A DNA stretch of 64,000 nucleotides from an uncultured Clostridia bacterium (GTDB taxonomy: Bacteria > Bacillota > Clostridia > Christensenellales > UBA1242), in the NCBI GenBank assembly GCA_934757855.1, contig CAKVLR010000002.1, positions 157,825-221,824 of the forward strand. Direction: 5' to 3'. The position numbers and the translations under genes are program-made. The notes under the pieces are model-generated. The model ran no database searches, had not been told where the DNA came from, and saw nothing but the letters and a program-made list of their open reading frames with translations. Each line of letters begins with the position of its first letter. Position 1 is the first letter of the stretch. Below, in pieces: positions 9,888 to 19,974 of the stretch.

Positions 9888-9949
9888 CTTTTGGCATCTC
9901 CTTAAATCCTAGTTTCGTAATTTTTTAATTTACATTCATATTATATTAA

Positions 9950-9998
9950 ATACTATATATTGTGTCAATCATATTGCACAAAATACTATATATTGTGT
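9950..9998 (-). promoter_or_regulatory. tandem NrdR boxes upstream of nrdD
   Basis: Two identical 16-mers ATACTATATATTGTGT (9950-9965 and 9983-9998), read on the minus strand as ACACAATATATAGTAT. They start 33 nt apart and lie about 60-110 nt upstream of the nrdD ATG. They fit the NrdR-box consensus as I recall it (acaCwAtATaTwGtgt, paired boxes about 3 helical turns apart). Confidence 0.7.
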
Positions 9999-10128
9999 TA
10001 AGTTTGTACTATTTGCACAAATCGACAAATTTTTTACTTTTTATAAAAATGCAAAAAATTTAATAAAATACAATATTTTACGCATAGTTTGGTAGTAAAA
10101 ATCAGTATGCAACTATTCATAAATATAA

Positions 10129-10162
10129 GAAAAAACTGCACAAAATTTAGTTGTACAGTTTT
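10129..10162 (-). terminator. rho-independent terminator after the MBL-fold gene
   Basis: Minus strand reads AACTGTACA-loop-TGTGCAGTT (one G.U pair), followed by TTTTCTT. Confidence 0.55.
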
Positions 10163-10171
10163 CCACATTTT

Positions 10172-11722
10172 TTATTTTGAAGCGCGTTTTATTGCTTTTA
10201 ATATGCTAGGAATTATTACGAGCAAGATTAATCCAGCCAAAACGATAATCGCAACCACCACATACCACCATTCGATATGCACTGGCGTAACTGGAACATA
10301 GTCTTTATCTCCGCTATACGCAATAACGATATTTTTAGTTTCGTTTGCATCGGCACTAACCGCCTCCCCGCTAACTGGTGCGGTATAGTCAAATCCAATT
10401 ACTATATCCCCGCTCTGCGCGGTAATAAAGATATGATTGTCATCTACTCCGTTGTTGTGCAGAGTATCCAAAGTTTCTTGGTTTGGGTGGTGATACTTAT
10501 TGTCAATACCGCAAGAAATGATAGCATATTCAGGTTTCAATGCCTTTACAAATTTATCTTGCGAACTAGTCCTACTGCCGTGATGCCCCATATCCATAAT
10601 ATCTACATCAGGCAAAGTCAAACTAGTATTTGCCAAAATTTCATTTTCTTCTACCTTTTCAGCATCACCGGTAAAAGCAATGCGCTTGCCGTTGTATTCA
10701 AGCACAATCACACTTGAATAATCATTCCAACTGCTGTAAACTTTTGAAGGTGTAACAGGTGCATAGAATGTAAATGTATAATCAGCGCCAGTAATTTTGT
10801 CACCAGCAATCGGGAATTTCATAGTTGCTAGTGTATTGCTCGCTCCGTAAGTTTCAGCATATACACGGCTGATAAATTTGTACATAATATCGGTTGCTTT
10901 TGCGTTTGTGGTACTTTTTGTATAATCGCCGATTGTAATTCCGTAACCATAAGTGCTGTTTAAATTTGATACAGCGTTGCGCTCTTTTTGCTCAATCGCT
11001 TCTTTTTCTGTTATTGTAGCAATCGTATTGTCAGGGTCTAGCCTTTGTGTACTGTCTTTGCCATTTGATACAAAGAAAGTGTAAGGGCGGTAGATTGTAG
11101 CAACCTCAAATTCATCTAAAATGTCAGGCAAATAATACACATGGTCTGAGTCTGGGTGAGTTAATACCATATAGTCGATAATTTCACCCTCACCTAAAAG
11201 GTTTTGCCTAATGTAGTTGATTACTTTTGTGCTTGTATCTCTCTCGTAAGTATCACTACCGCTGTCAATAATCATATTTTTGCCATCTGGCAAATCAATC
11301 AAAATGCAGTCGCCTTGCCCCACAAACACATAGTGTACTTTTAGTTTACTATTTAGACAAACACTCGATACGGTCACTCCATCGCCAGATACTTCTTCGG
11401 TTGAAGCGTTACTATCGCTATTTAGCCAGTTATTTACCATAGGCTCCAATGTACTTGCAAACGGCAAAGTGCATAGAGCGATAACTGCAATTATGGCGAA
11501 AATTGCAAACAAAATTTTATATTGCTTTGCATTTTTATATGCAGTCTTTATATTTTTGACATCGGTTTTTGTAAGTACCGTGTCATCATTATTTTTCTTT
11601 GAGGAAGATTTTGTGCTACTCGTTTTCTTTGTCACCTTGCTGGCAGTCTTGCTCGCATTGTCCAGCGCTTGCTGTGCTTGCTTCGCTTTCCTCCTCGCTT
11701 CGTTGTACTTGTCCCAAGACAT
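10172..11722 (-). CDS. membrane-anchored MBL-fold metallo-hydrolase (ComEC C-terminal-domain-like)
   Basis: Start moved to 11722 (GGAG 9 nt upstream). Lys/Ser-rich N-tail, TM, then HYVFVGQGDCILIDLPDG..IIDSGS, LTHPDSDH and GHHGSRTSS motifs. Second TM at the C-terminus. Confidence 0.7.
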   Translation of the reverse strand: MSWDKYNEARRKAKQAQQALDNASKTASKVTKKTSSTKSSSKKNNDDTVLTKTDVKNIKTAYKNAKQYKILFAIFAIIAVIALCTLPFASTLEPMVNNWLNSDSNASTEEVSGDGVTVSSVCLNSKLKVHYVFVGQGDCILIDLPDGKNMIIDSGSDTYERDTSTKVINYIRQNLLGEGEIIDYMVLTHPDSDHVYYLPDILDEFEVATIYRPYTFFVSNGKDSTQRLDPDNTIATITEKEAIEQKERNAVSNLNSTYGYGITIGDYTKSTTNAKATDIMYKFISRVYAETYGASNTLATMKFPIAGDKITGADYTFTFYAPVTPSKVYSSWNDYSSVIVLEYNGKRIAFTGDAEKVEENEILANTSLTLPDVDIMDMGHHGSRTSSQDKFVKALKPEYAIISCGIDNKYHHPNQETLDTLHNNGVDDNHIFITAQSGDIVIGFDYTAPVSGEAVSADANETKNIVIAYSGDKDYVPVTPVHIEWWYVVVAIIVLAGLILLVIIPSILKAIKRASK

Positions 11723-12678
11723 CTTTATCATCTCCTATTTTATTTTTCTTTTCTTTTGCAATTTGCTTTGCGCGTTTTTGCATAGCCTTTAATCTGCGTA
11801 CCGTTTCCTTAATATTTTCATCAGGCACACGCATACCCAACACGCGCAAAATATTTGGCATCTCGGCTACTGCCGAATCATAACCTTGTTGAATCATTGC
11901 CTCTACATCTTCTAGTTTGCGCTGGTCGTATTGCGAAAGGTTTACTTTTAGCACATAGTCCGAATATACATAGCCGTTAATTGAATTTGATTTCATCAAG
12001 ATACGCAAAGCGGCTTTCATCAATTCCAAATACTTTGTGCTGTCTGTACCGTAACCGCGTGTAGGGTTTATATCTACTGCCAACACAATATCAGCCCCCA
12101 TTTCGCGCACAACATCGGCAGGAATGTTATTCTTTAAGCCCCCGTCATAAAGATAGTGGTCCTCAAACTCAACAGGGTTAAAAATCCCTGGTACTGCGCA
12201 CGAACCTGAGATAGCTTTTGCCAAATCGCCGCTGTCGATACGCATCTCATTCCCACTCTTTATATCGACCGCAACCGCTGTAAACGGCGTGGAAAGGTCC
12301 GCAAAATTCCTCCCGCCCAAAATATCACGCACCATTGCTTCCAACTTGTCCGTTTTGTTTGGCATAAATGAAATTTTGCTAGTCAAAATGTCCTTTGTGC
12401 GCAAATTTTTGGCGCGCTCCTCCATTTCTTCAATGGTGAGGTTTGCACAATACACCGCACCCATTAGCGAGCCAACCGAAGTACCAGCCACATAGTCAAA
12501 ATGCAGTCCTGCTTCGCGAAAAGCCTTGAATACGCCGATATATGCTATTCCGCGCGTGCCTCCCCCACTCAGCGCTAGCCCTAGTTTGAGCGGGTGATAA
12601 ACTTGATTTGGGTCTTTTTCAATTTTTCGCTCAGTGGGGCGCTTGAATAGATTTTTTAGCCAACTCATAAAACTCATA
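11616..12678 (-). CDS. patatin-like phospholipase
   Basis: Start moved to 12678 (MSFMSWLKNLF, RBS GAGG). Oxyanion GGGTRG, nucleophile GTSVG, catalytic YDGGL. The charged C-terminal tail overlaps the next gene. Confidence 0.85.
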
Positions 12679-12880
12679 CCAACCTCAAAATAATAAATAT
12701 GTAACTCATAAGTTTTACACTTATATTTTATCAAACTTTGCGGTTTTGCGCAATTAAATTGATATATGTTTATAAAGATTATTTTAGTACAATTCGCTGG
12801 TTTTTGATAAATTTTTAATAACAAAAAAATAGTAAAATATTATTAATCAAACAATATTATTTACCTTTTTATCTTTTATA

Positions 12881-12915
12881 AAAAGCAAAAAAGTAGCCGT
12901 TAGACTACTTTTTTA
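12881..12915 (-). terminator. putative rho-independent terminator (AT-rich stem)
   Basis: AAAAGTAG / CTACTTTT stem with an 8-nt loop. The minus strand then reads TTTTTTGCTTTT. Confidence 0.45.
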
Positions 12916-12931
12916 CTTTCTTTCTTAATCA

Positions 12932-14221
12932 TTAATTTTCTTCTTTGAGTTTAGCGATTGCAACTTCAACTTCGGCAATATCATCTTTAATTTGTCTATT
13001 TTGTTCAACCAAAATCTCATTAGTTTTTGCCAAAATTGGGAAGCGGTCTTTGTTTTGTTCCATAACCTCTTCACAGTGTTGTACGCTCAATCTCAAACCG
13101 TCCAACAAGTCAAGGTCCTCACTCAACTTTTTAGCCTTTTCTTCATCAATGTCAACATAATTGTTTACACCATAAAGCATAACTTTCTTGCGCGCAATAA
13201 TTGCTTCTCTACGGCGCAACTTTTCTTGGTCGCGCTCCAATCTGCGTTTTACACGCGCAAGTGGAGTGTACTCCTTACGGTTTCCTTTCAAATCGCGTTC
13301 GTTGATTTTCAATCTTGCTTGCAATTTCGCCAATCTTTCTTCAAGCATTTCAAGTGGGAAGTACTCGTAAACATTTACGATTTCTTTTGGCTCAACAACT
13401 GGTTCAATCGGTGCTTGCTCGATGTGAGTACCATCATCAATTTCAGGTTCAAGGACTGGTTGTTCATCAATTACAGCTACACTTGTAGTAGGCTCAGGCT
13501 CTGCAACTTGCTCTGCACTTGTTTCAGTACTTTGCACTTCCTCTGCTGGCATAACAGCGGTTTCATCAGTTACAGTTTGAGTTTCTTCAACTGGTGCAGT
13601 TTCCTCTGGTGCTACCACTGTTTCAGTGTATTCAGGCTGTGCATAAGCCTCTTGCTTTGCTTGCTCGTATTGATTAACTGCATCTTGATTGATTTCATTA
13701 ATCATATCATCGAAGTTAAACTCTTCTTCGGCAGGTGCCTCAACTTGCGCAGGTTGCTCTTGTTCTTGCACTTTTGGTTGATTTTCTTCCTTGTCCTCTT
13801 CAAATAATGAGTCGAAGTCATCAAAATCATCAAATTCTTGTTTACGGCGCTCAATCGCCTCACGGCGTTCGTTTGCAAAGTCTTTTTGAGGTTGAGCATT
13901 GTTTTCATCAGCCATACCGGCCTTACCCTCTAACAACGCTCTTTGCTCGCGCTCAGCCTCCTCCTCGTCCCAAGATTTGCGAGTTGGTTGTGCATTTTCC
14001 TCATCAGACAAAACTTGTGGGCGTGTATTTTGGTCATACGATTGCTCGCGCTTCACCTCTACTTTCTTGCTGTCATCTCCGCGACCACGGAAGAAAATAG
14101 AGCCATTTTTGTTTGTGATAGACAACACCAAATCAACAAGCAAAATAATGATAAAAGCGACTGCTGCTATCAATGCAATAATGATAAGTACATTTACTAT
14201 TGCTTCAACTACTGATTCCAT
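12932..14221 (-). CDS. hypothetical membrane-anchored protein with an acidic disordered linker and a C-terminal coiled coil
   Basis: N-terminal TM (VNVLIIIALIAAVAFIIILLV). About 250 aa of E/Q/P/T-rich low complexity. Heptad-like Lys/Glu/Arg C-terminus. GGAG 10 nt upstream of the ATG. Confidence 0.6.
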   Translation of the reverse strand: MESVVEAIVNVLIIIALIAAVAFIIILLVDLVLSITNKNGSIFFRGRGDDSKKVEVKREQSYDQNTRPQVLSDEENAQPTRKSWDEEEAEREQRALLEGKAGMADENNAQPQKDFANERREAIERRKQEFDDFDDFDSLFEEDKEENQPKVQEQEQPAQVEAPAEEEFNFDDMINEINQDAVNQYEQAKQEAYAQPEYTETVVAPEETAPVEETQTVTDETAVMPAEEVQSTETSAEQVAEPEPTTSVAVIDEQPVLEPEIDDGTHIEQAPIEPVVEPKEIVNVYEYFPLEMLEERLAKLQARLKINERDLKGNRKEYTPLARVKRRLERDQEKLRRREAIIARKKVMLYGVNNYVDIDEEKAKKLSEDLDLLDGLRLSVQHCEEVMEQNKDRFPILAKTNEILVEQNRQIKDDIAEVEVAIAKLKEEN

Positions 14222-14260
14222 TTTTCATTTGCTCCTATTTAAAATTAAATTTGTTTGCAC

Positions 14261-14662
14261 TGGTGGAAGCGATGGGAGTTGAACCCATGTCCAAACAGTA
14301 TTCATTTCCATTTTCTACGCGCATAGTAAATTTGTAAATCTCGTAAAAATTCGCCAAACTCACAAAACTCATTTTTACCATTTCGCTAAAATTAACTCCA
14401 AAACAGCGAACTGTTTTTGGGCGTGGTTTAGTGGGGGTTAAAGCCCTATACAAAACGACCAAACCAACATTTCATATAGAACTGTCTAAAAATAACTTAG
14501 ACTTGTTGTTTAAGCATACGCAACTGCACCATAGGTAGCAGGCATAACTTGAACATTTGCTTTTTTGTCAGCATTTAAATTTAGTTTCCGTTAACAACGC
14601 AGACGAGCCTGCGACACGCAAATAGAAAGAATTACCTATCTGTCAAAACCAGTACGCTCCCC
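14261..14662 (-). ncRNA. ssrA: tmRNA (SsrA)
   Basis: Minus strand begins GGGGAGCGTACTGGTTTTGACAG. It ends with the tRNA-like arm GGGTTCAACTCCCATCGCTTCCACCA. Internal tag frame at 14572-14510 reads GCT GAC AAA AAA GCA AAT GTT CAA GTT ATG CCT GCT ACC TAT GGT GCA GTT GCG TAT GCT TAA. Adjacent to smpB. Confidence 0.9.
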
Positions 14663-14671
14663 TAAAAGGGA

Positions 14672-15121
14672 CTAGCATCTAGCCATCTTTATTTCTCGCT
14701 GAACATCGCGCGCAAGGTCGCGTTTTTTGATTGTGTCGCGCTTATCGTGTAACTTTTTACCCCTGCAAATAGCGATTTCAACTTTTACGAGCGACCTATC
14801 AAAGAAAAGTTTTAGCGGTACAATAGTGAGTCCTTTTTGTGAGATAGCCTCAACTAACTCCGTAATTTCTACCTTGTTTAATAGCAATTTCCTTGCCCTT
14901 CGCTCGTCAGGAACAAAGTTTGAAGTATGTTCGTAAGTTTTGATGTACATATTGATAATGTACGCTTCATTGTTACGAATAGTGACATAAGTATCATTTA
15001 TGCTCGAATGACCCGCACGAATGGACTTAACTTCACAACCTTGTAAACTGATGCCCGCAGTAAAGTTTTTCAGCACAAAATATTCAAAATGAGCATGTTT
15101 ATTGGTGGCTATTACCTTCAT
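14672..15121 (-). CDS. smpB: SsrA-binding protein SmpB
   Basis: Start moved to 15121 (RBS AGGAG). NKHAHFEYFV..., GCEVKSIR and the C-terminal KKLHDKRDTIKKRD tail are typical of SmpB. Confidence 0.95.
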   Translation of the reverse strand: MKVIATNKHAHFEYFVLKNFTAGISLQGCEVKSIRAGHSSINDTYVTIRNNEAYIINMYIKTYEHTSNFVPDERRARKLLLNKVEITELVEAISQKGLTIVPLKLFFDRSLVKVEIAICRGKKLHDKRDTIKKRDLARDVQREIKMARC

Positions 15122-15212
15122 TCCTATACTCCTATTATACCACATTTTTGTATTTTTTCAATACCTTTTTTCAAAAAAGTATGCAAAAACTACCCAGAAA
15201 ACTAAAAAAGCA

Positions 15213-17330
15213 TTAATTTTCTAGCATTTTAAAGTTAATTTGCCTTTTTCTAAGATTCACGCTATCGACCATAACGCGTACTTTTTGCCCTAATTGATAA
15301 TCGTGTTTTGTACCGCTGAGTTTGTATAATTTCTCGATAAACACATAATTGTCTGTTGGTAAATTTTCCATAGAACACATACCCTCAACAGTATTTGGTA
15401 ATTCTACAAACACACCAAAGTTTGTAGCACCAGAAACCACGCCTTCGTAAATTTCGCCCACATGATTTTGCATATAATCGGCTTTTTTGAGGTCATCAAC
15501 CTCGCGTTCTGCGCACTCAGCCAACTTTTCACGCTCGCTTGTAAGCAGGCTCGCCTCCTCTACAAATTCATTGTACCATTCCATTGCCTTTTTATCTTTA
15601 TTACGCAAGTAGAATTTCTTGATAATTCGGTGAATTAGCAAATCTGGATACCTACGAATTGGCGAAGTAAAGTGACAATAGTCTTTGGCAGCGATACCAA
15701 AATGACCTAAATTTTTAGGAGCATAGCGTGCCTTTTGCAAACTGCGAAGCATAACGGAGTTGATGAGTTTTTCGTAAGGCTTGCCCTCAACTTTTTTGAG
15801 TAAATGTTGCAATTCTTTTGGGGTTACTTTGTCTGGATTGTCGGCAACTTTGTAGCCAAATTGCCCAGCAAATTGAAAGAAATCAAACATTTTTTGCCCA
15901 TCTGGCTGTTCGTGAACACGGTACAAAAACGGAATTTTCTCTTTGCAACAAGCGTGAGCAACTGTTTCATTTGCAATAAGCATAAATGACTCAATAAGCA
16001 TATGCGCCTCATTGCGCTCATATAGCACAACATCAACCACATGCCCCGCTTCGTCCATTACAAATTTGCACTCAGGCAAGTCAAATTCCAACGCACCGCG
16101 CTTTTGCCTCTTTTTCTCCAAAATGCGGTGTAATTTTTGCATAGATTTGAAATCTTTTACCAAATAATCGTATTTTTTGCAAGTTTCTTCATCATCATTT
16201 AAGATAGCAAACACATCTTTGTATGTCATTTTTTCTCGAGATTTAATGTAGCCCTCGCAAATTTCGTAGTCAATAACATCGCCATCACTATCAATTTTCA
16301 TTATAACAGACAAAGTAAGTCGCAAAACTTTTGGGTTGAGCGAACAAATGCCGTTGCTCAATTCACGCGGAAGCATAGGATATACCAAATCAGGAAAATA
16401 CACACTTGTACCGCGTTTGTATGCCTCTTTATCAAGCGGGCTATTTTGCTTTACATATTCCGAAACATCGGCAATATGCACGCCTAGCGTAAAAGTGCCG
16501 TCATCATTCTCGGTAATACCTACCGCATCATCTATATCTTTTGTATCAAAACTGTCGATAGTGACGATATTTTGGTTGGTAAAATCGCGCCTACCGTGCA
16601 AAGCACTTTCTGGCACTTTTTGAGGCAAAGTCTTAGCCTCTGCAAGCACTTCTGGCTCAAATTCTTCATAAAGATTGTTTTCACGAATAATCGCAAGCAT
16701 TTCAATCTTAGGGTCGCCGTTAAGCCCCAAAACCTCAGTAATTGCACCTTGCGGATTTTTGTCACCCGCTACATATTTGGTGATACGACAAACAACTTTG
16801 TCGCCCGCTTTTACATTGAATTTTTTGATATTGCGCACCAAAATATCCTTGAAATAGCGCGTATCATCGGGCTTCACAAAGCCCAAACCTTGATTCACTA
16901 TGTCTAATGTGCCAACAATGTTTTTTGCATTGCGTTCTACAATTTTTACAACTGCACCCTCTGTACGGTCACCGTTTTTGCGAATTTTTACCAATACTGT
17001 ATCATTATGCAAAGCAGTCTTTAATGCAACTGGCGGAATAAACACATCAGGCGTTTCGCCATTATCACGAAATTTGCAAAATGCAAAACCGCGTGCATTA
17101 CCTACAAGCACGCCTTTTTTGAGTCCTAACTCATCGATAGTGGCAAGTTTATCCTTACCCTCAACCATTAAATCGCCACTCTCAATCATTTCGCCAATGT
17201 AACTATACGCCGTGGTAAAATCATACCCTAGCCCACTACTAAGTGCAGTCGCAAGTTCGGTACGATTACGAAAATTGAGATTGTTTGATTTGATAAAATC
17301 TAAAATTGCATTAATTTGTTCTTGTTGCAT
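15213..17330 (-). CDS. rnr: ribonuclease R
   Basis: 705 aa. Cold-shock-like N-domains, RNB core (IDSFDTKDIDDAV, HFTSPIRRYPDL), C-terminal S1 domain (GEIYEGVVSGATNFGVFVEL). Confidence 0.95.
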   Translation of the reverse strand: MQQEQINAILDFIKSNNLNFRNRTELATALSSGLGYDFTTAYSYIGEMIESGDLMVEGKDKLATIDELGLKKGVLVGNARGFAFCKFRDNGETPDVFIPPVALKTALHNDTVLVKIRKNGDRTEGAVVKIVERNAKNIVGTLDIVNQGLGFVKPDDTRYFKDILVRNIKKFNVKAGDKVVCRITKYVAGDKNPQGAITEVLGLNGDPKIEMLAIIRENNLYEEFEPEVLAEAKTLPQKVPESALHGRRDFTNQNIVTIDSFDTKDIDDAVGITENDDGTFTLGVHIADVSEYVKQNSPLDKEAYKRGTSVYFPDLVYPMLPRELSNGICSLNPKVLRLTLSVIMKIDSDGDVIDYEICEGYIKSREKMTYKDVFAILNDDEETCKKYDYLVKDFKSMQKLHRILEKKRQKRGALEFDLPECKFVMDEAGHVVDVVLYERNEAHMLIESFMLIANETVAHACCKEKIPFLYRVHEQPDGQKMFDFFQFAGQFGYKVADNPDKVTPKELQHLLKKVEGKPYEKLINSVMLRSLQKARYAPKNLGHFGIAAKDYCHFTSPIRRYPDLLIHRIIKKFYLRNKDKKAMEWYNEFVEEASLLTSEREKLAECAEREVDDLKKADYMQNHVGEIYEGVVSGATNFGVFVELPNTVEGMCSMENLPTDNYVFIEKLYKLSGTKHDYQLGQKVRVMVDSVNLRKRQINFKMLEN

Positions 17331-17384
17331 TATTTTTTCCTTTTAAAAATAAATAAAGAGGGGGCTACCCTCTCTCAATCTTGT

Positions 17385-17705
17385 CTAAGCAGCCGCAGTC
17401 GCTGGCACAACGAGTGTCAACACAAAGTACAAAACTGTAGCAATGGCAACCGCTATTGCTAACCACATAGTTGCCCTTTTCATACGACCTTCTTTGGTCG
17501 CACCTTTGTTATGTGAATAGTAAGTTTCTGTCGCACCAGTAATCGCGTTTATACCACCTTGACTATTGCTAGGTTGCATCAAAACGAGTACGATAATCGC
17601 AATCGCCGCAAGCCCAATAAAGGCAAGCAACACATATTTTACGATAGGAACTGTTGTAGTCACCCAAGTAGGCAAACCTGCACCCAAAATGCTAATTAAA
17701 CTCAT
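17385..17705 (-). CDS. secG: preprotein translocase subunit SecG
   Basis: Two TM helices flank the LMQPSNSQGG.....G motif. The secG-rnr-smpB-ssrA order matches Bacillus. Confidence 0.75.
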   Translation of the reverse strand: MSLISILGAGLPTWVTTTVPIVKYVLLAFIGLAAIAIIVLVLMQPSNSQGGINAITGATETYYSHNKGATKEGRMKRATMWLAIAVAIATVLYFVLTLVVPATAAA

Positions 17706-17798
17706 TTAAGCCTCCAAAAAATATTTAAGTATTGTAGTAAGTAGTATAACATAGATATTGTAAATTTACAAGTCAATTTGCAAAAATTTTAAATTTTA

Positions 17799-18566
17799 TC
17801 AATAATATCTGCTTTCAAGCGTATTTTCGCTATTTACAAACACTTCAATCGTGCCGTGTCCGTAGTCCTCAGTAGCCAACAAATCAAAAGTCTTGATTGC
17901 CATTCTAGTCTTTGCGGAAGTATTTTTAGTAGGGTTGTCCAAAATAATAGTTACTCCAAAATGAGTGCTAATCGTTACTTTTGAGTTTGTATAACTAATA
18001 CTTGAAAAAAGCGCTTTCATATCGGTTAAATTTCTACTTAATTCAGTAAAAGCGTTGTACATACCCACAAAAGTATCAGTATGTGCAAACGAAATTGTGT
18101 CGCCTAATTTGTAGTTTTTGTCCTCCAAATCTTTGATTTCGGTCAAAATTTCGTTGGTTTGAGTGCTAGAAAAAGTAGATTTTAATTCCAAAATTTTAAA
18201 ATATTCATCAACTATCGCAAATTTTGTTTCGCTAAGTTTGATTGCATATACTTGTTGGCGTTCAATCGCGTGAATATTGACAATATTTGGCCAAGCGACC
18301 TCCAAATCAATCACGCGCATTTTGGGGTATTTTTTCTCCAAATTCTCTTTTGCTCGTTTTTTGTCCAGTACAAATACACTTTGCCCGCGCACACCCGTAT
18401 TTTCGAGCATTGTTTCACTACTGATACTTGCCAATGCACTGCTAGGAGTATTGTACCAAATTACCCTTGCGGACTCCAACGCAAAAATTGTGCTAGAAAC
18501 CACAACTAAGAGCGTTATTACCGCCAAAATCGAAACAACTACCGCAATTTTTGCATTTTTTGTCAA
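17799..18566 (-). CDS. FtsQ/DivIB-like cell-division protein (putative)
   Basis: TTG start with an AGGAG RBS. Short cytoplasmic tail, single TM, then about 220 aa extracellular with a POTRA-like start. Lies downstream of murA. Confidence 0.4.
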   Translation of the reverse strand: MTKNAKIAVVVSILAVITLLVVVSSTIFALESARVIWYNTPSSALASISSETMLENTGVRGQSVFVLDKKRAKENLEKKYPKMRVIDLEVAWPNIVNIHAIERQQVYAIKLSETKFAIVDEYFKILELKSTFSSTQTNEILTEIKDLEDKNYKLGDTISFAHTDTFVGMYNAFTELSRNLTDMKALFSSISYTNSKVTISTHFGVTIILDNPTKNTSAKTRMAIKTFDLLATEDYGHGTIEVFVNSENTLESRYY

Positions 18567-18582
18567 TTTATTTCTCCTAAAA

Positions 18583-19836
18583 TTAAATTTCTTTTCTTAT
18601 ATCAGCGCCCAATTCGTTTAGCCTCAAATCTAAGTCGCAATAACCACGCTCAATGTGATAAATATCATTTACAGTTGTGTAACCATTTGCGCAAAGACCC
18701 GCTAGCACCAAACTAGCACCACCGCGCAAGTCTTTTGCATACACCTCAGCCCCACTCAAATTTGGCACCCCCTCCACATAAGCGGTACAGTCACGCACGC
18801 GGACTTTTGCTCCCATTTTGATTAATTCAGGCACAAATTTAAATCTCGATTCAAAGATATTTTCTTGCACCACGCAACACCCTTTTGCCACAGTATGCAA
18901 GGTAAGAATCTGCGCTTGCAAGTCGGTTGCAAACCCAGGGTAAACTTGCGTTTCCACAAAGCCCGCGCTTTTGAGAGTTTTTGGACTCTTTAAGTAAATT
19001 TTATCACCTTTTGCCCGCAAAATGCAACCAGAATAACGCAATTTGTCAATTAAACTTGCAAAAAACATAGGATTGCACCCGCAAACCTCGATTTCACCGC
19101 CAGTAATTGTGCTTGCAATCAAATATGTGCCTGCAATTATTCGGTCGCCAATAGGGGTATATTCCGTGCCACAAAGCCTATCCACGCCCTCAATTTCCAA
19201 TTTTCCCGTACCAGCGCCAAAAATACGCGCACCCATTTTGTTGAGGAAATTGCACAAATCTACCACTTCTGGCTCGCGCGCACAATTTAAAATTGTAGTT
19301 TTACATTTGCCTAAAACAGCAGTCATAATTAAATTTTCAGTTGCTCCAACGCTAGGAAAATCAAGATGCACTAGCCCGCCGTGAAATTTAGTCGCATCGC
19401 AGTTAATGACACCGTGATTCTCAGTAATCACAACCCCCATATCGCGCAAGCCCTTTAAATGCAAATCAATCGGGCGCAGACCTATATCACAACCACCTGG
19501 GTATGCAACGCGCGCACGCTTAAAACGCCCAAGCATAGCACCTAATGTAAAAATTGAAGAGCGCAAGAGTTTGGCTATCTCCACTGGCACGAATTTTGGA
19601 TTTGCGCTTTCGCCGTTAATTACTAGCGCATTATCTTGTCGAAGCACTTTCATACCTAATTTCTCCAAAATTGCGCACATATTGCTGACATCGGTAAAAT
19701 AAGGAGGATTTTTTAGCACTACCTCCCCCTCACTCAATATGCACCCTGCCAAAATCGGCAAATATGCATTTTTGGCACACTCCACTTTGATACTACCGCA
19801 AATTTTGCGACCACCATTTATTATGTATTTACTCAA
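18583..19836 (-). CDS. murA: UDP-N-acetylglucosamine 1-carboxyvinyltransferase
   Basis: 417 aa. Active-site loop YPGGCDIGLRPIDLH. Full-length EPSP-synthase-fold pattern. Confidence 0.95.
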   Translation of the reverse strand: MSKYIINGGRKICGSIKVECAKNAYLPILAGCILSEGEVVLKNPPYFTDVSNMCAILEKLGMKVLRQDNALVINGESANPKFVPVEIAKLLRSSIFTLGAMLGRFKRARVAYPGGCDIGLRPIDLHLKGLRDMGVVITENHGVINCDATKFHGGLVHLDFPSVGATENLIMTAVLGKCKTTILNCAREPEVVDLCNFLNKMGARIFGAGTGKLEIEGVDRLCGTEYTPIGDRIIAGTYLIASTITGGEIEVCGCNPMFFASLIDKLRYSGCILRAKGDKIYLKSPKTLKSAGFVETQVYPGFATDLQAQILTLHTVAKGCCVVQENIFESRFKFVPELIKMGAKVRVRDCTAYVEGVPNLSGAEVYAKDLRGGASLVLAGLCANGYTTVNDIYHIERGYCDLDLRLNELGADIRKEI

Positions 19837-19932
19837 AAAAATTTTTCCCCTTTTATATAATAAGATATGGGAAAAAACTATTTTTCGTGAGTAAATGGAA
19901 AAAACCTAAAAGTTTAAAACGGATTTTTATAT

Positions 19933-19966
19933 AAAAAGAAAAAAGGCAGTTAAATTTTGCCTTTTT
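19933..19966 (-). terminator. rho-independent terminator after the NYN gene
   Basis: AAGGCA (19943-19948) / TGCCTT (19958-19963) stem, followed by TTTTTTCTTTTT on the minus strand. Confidence 0.65.
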
Positions 19967-19974
19967 TGTAATAG

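Noticed and set aside
12679-12824. N-terminal extensions given by the ORF track (patatin 12824, suhB-like 22428, L27 23678, veg 4319, XRE 26625, DUF2798-like 45654 and others)
   Set aside because: In each case an internal ATG is preceded by a GGAG-type RBS at 5-10 nt and corresponds to the conserved family N-terminus. The upstream parts lack RBSs and translate to implausible sequence.
12992-13807. 271-aa plus-strand ORF (also 13735-14100, 13899-14282 and others) overlapping the acidic membrane-protein gene
   Set aside because: Its Phe/Leu/Cys-rich translation is what antisense reading of a Glu/Lys/Gln-rich gene produces. It has no RBS. The minus-strand gene has a TM anchor, an RBS and a terminator.
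14235-14462. 75-aa minus-strand ORF
   Set aside because: It lies entirely within the tmRNA gene (14261-14662).
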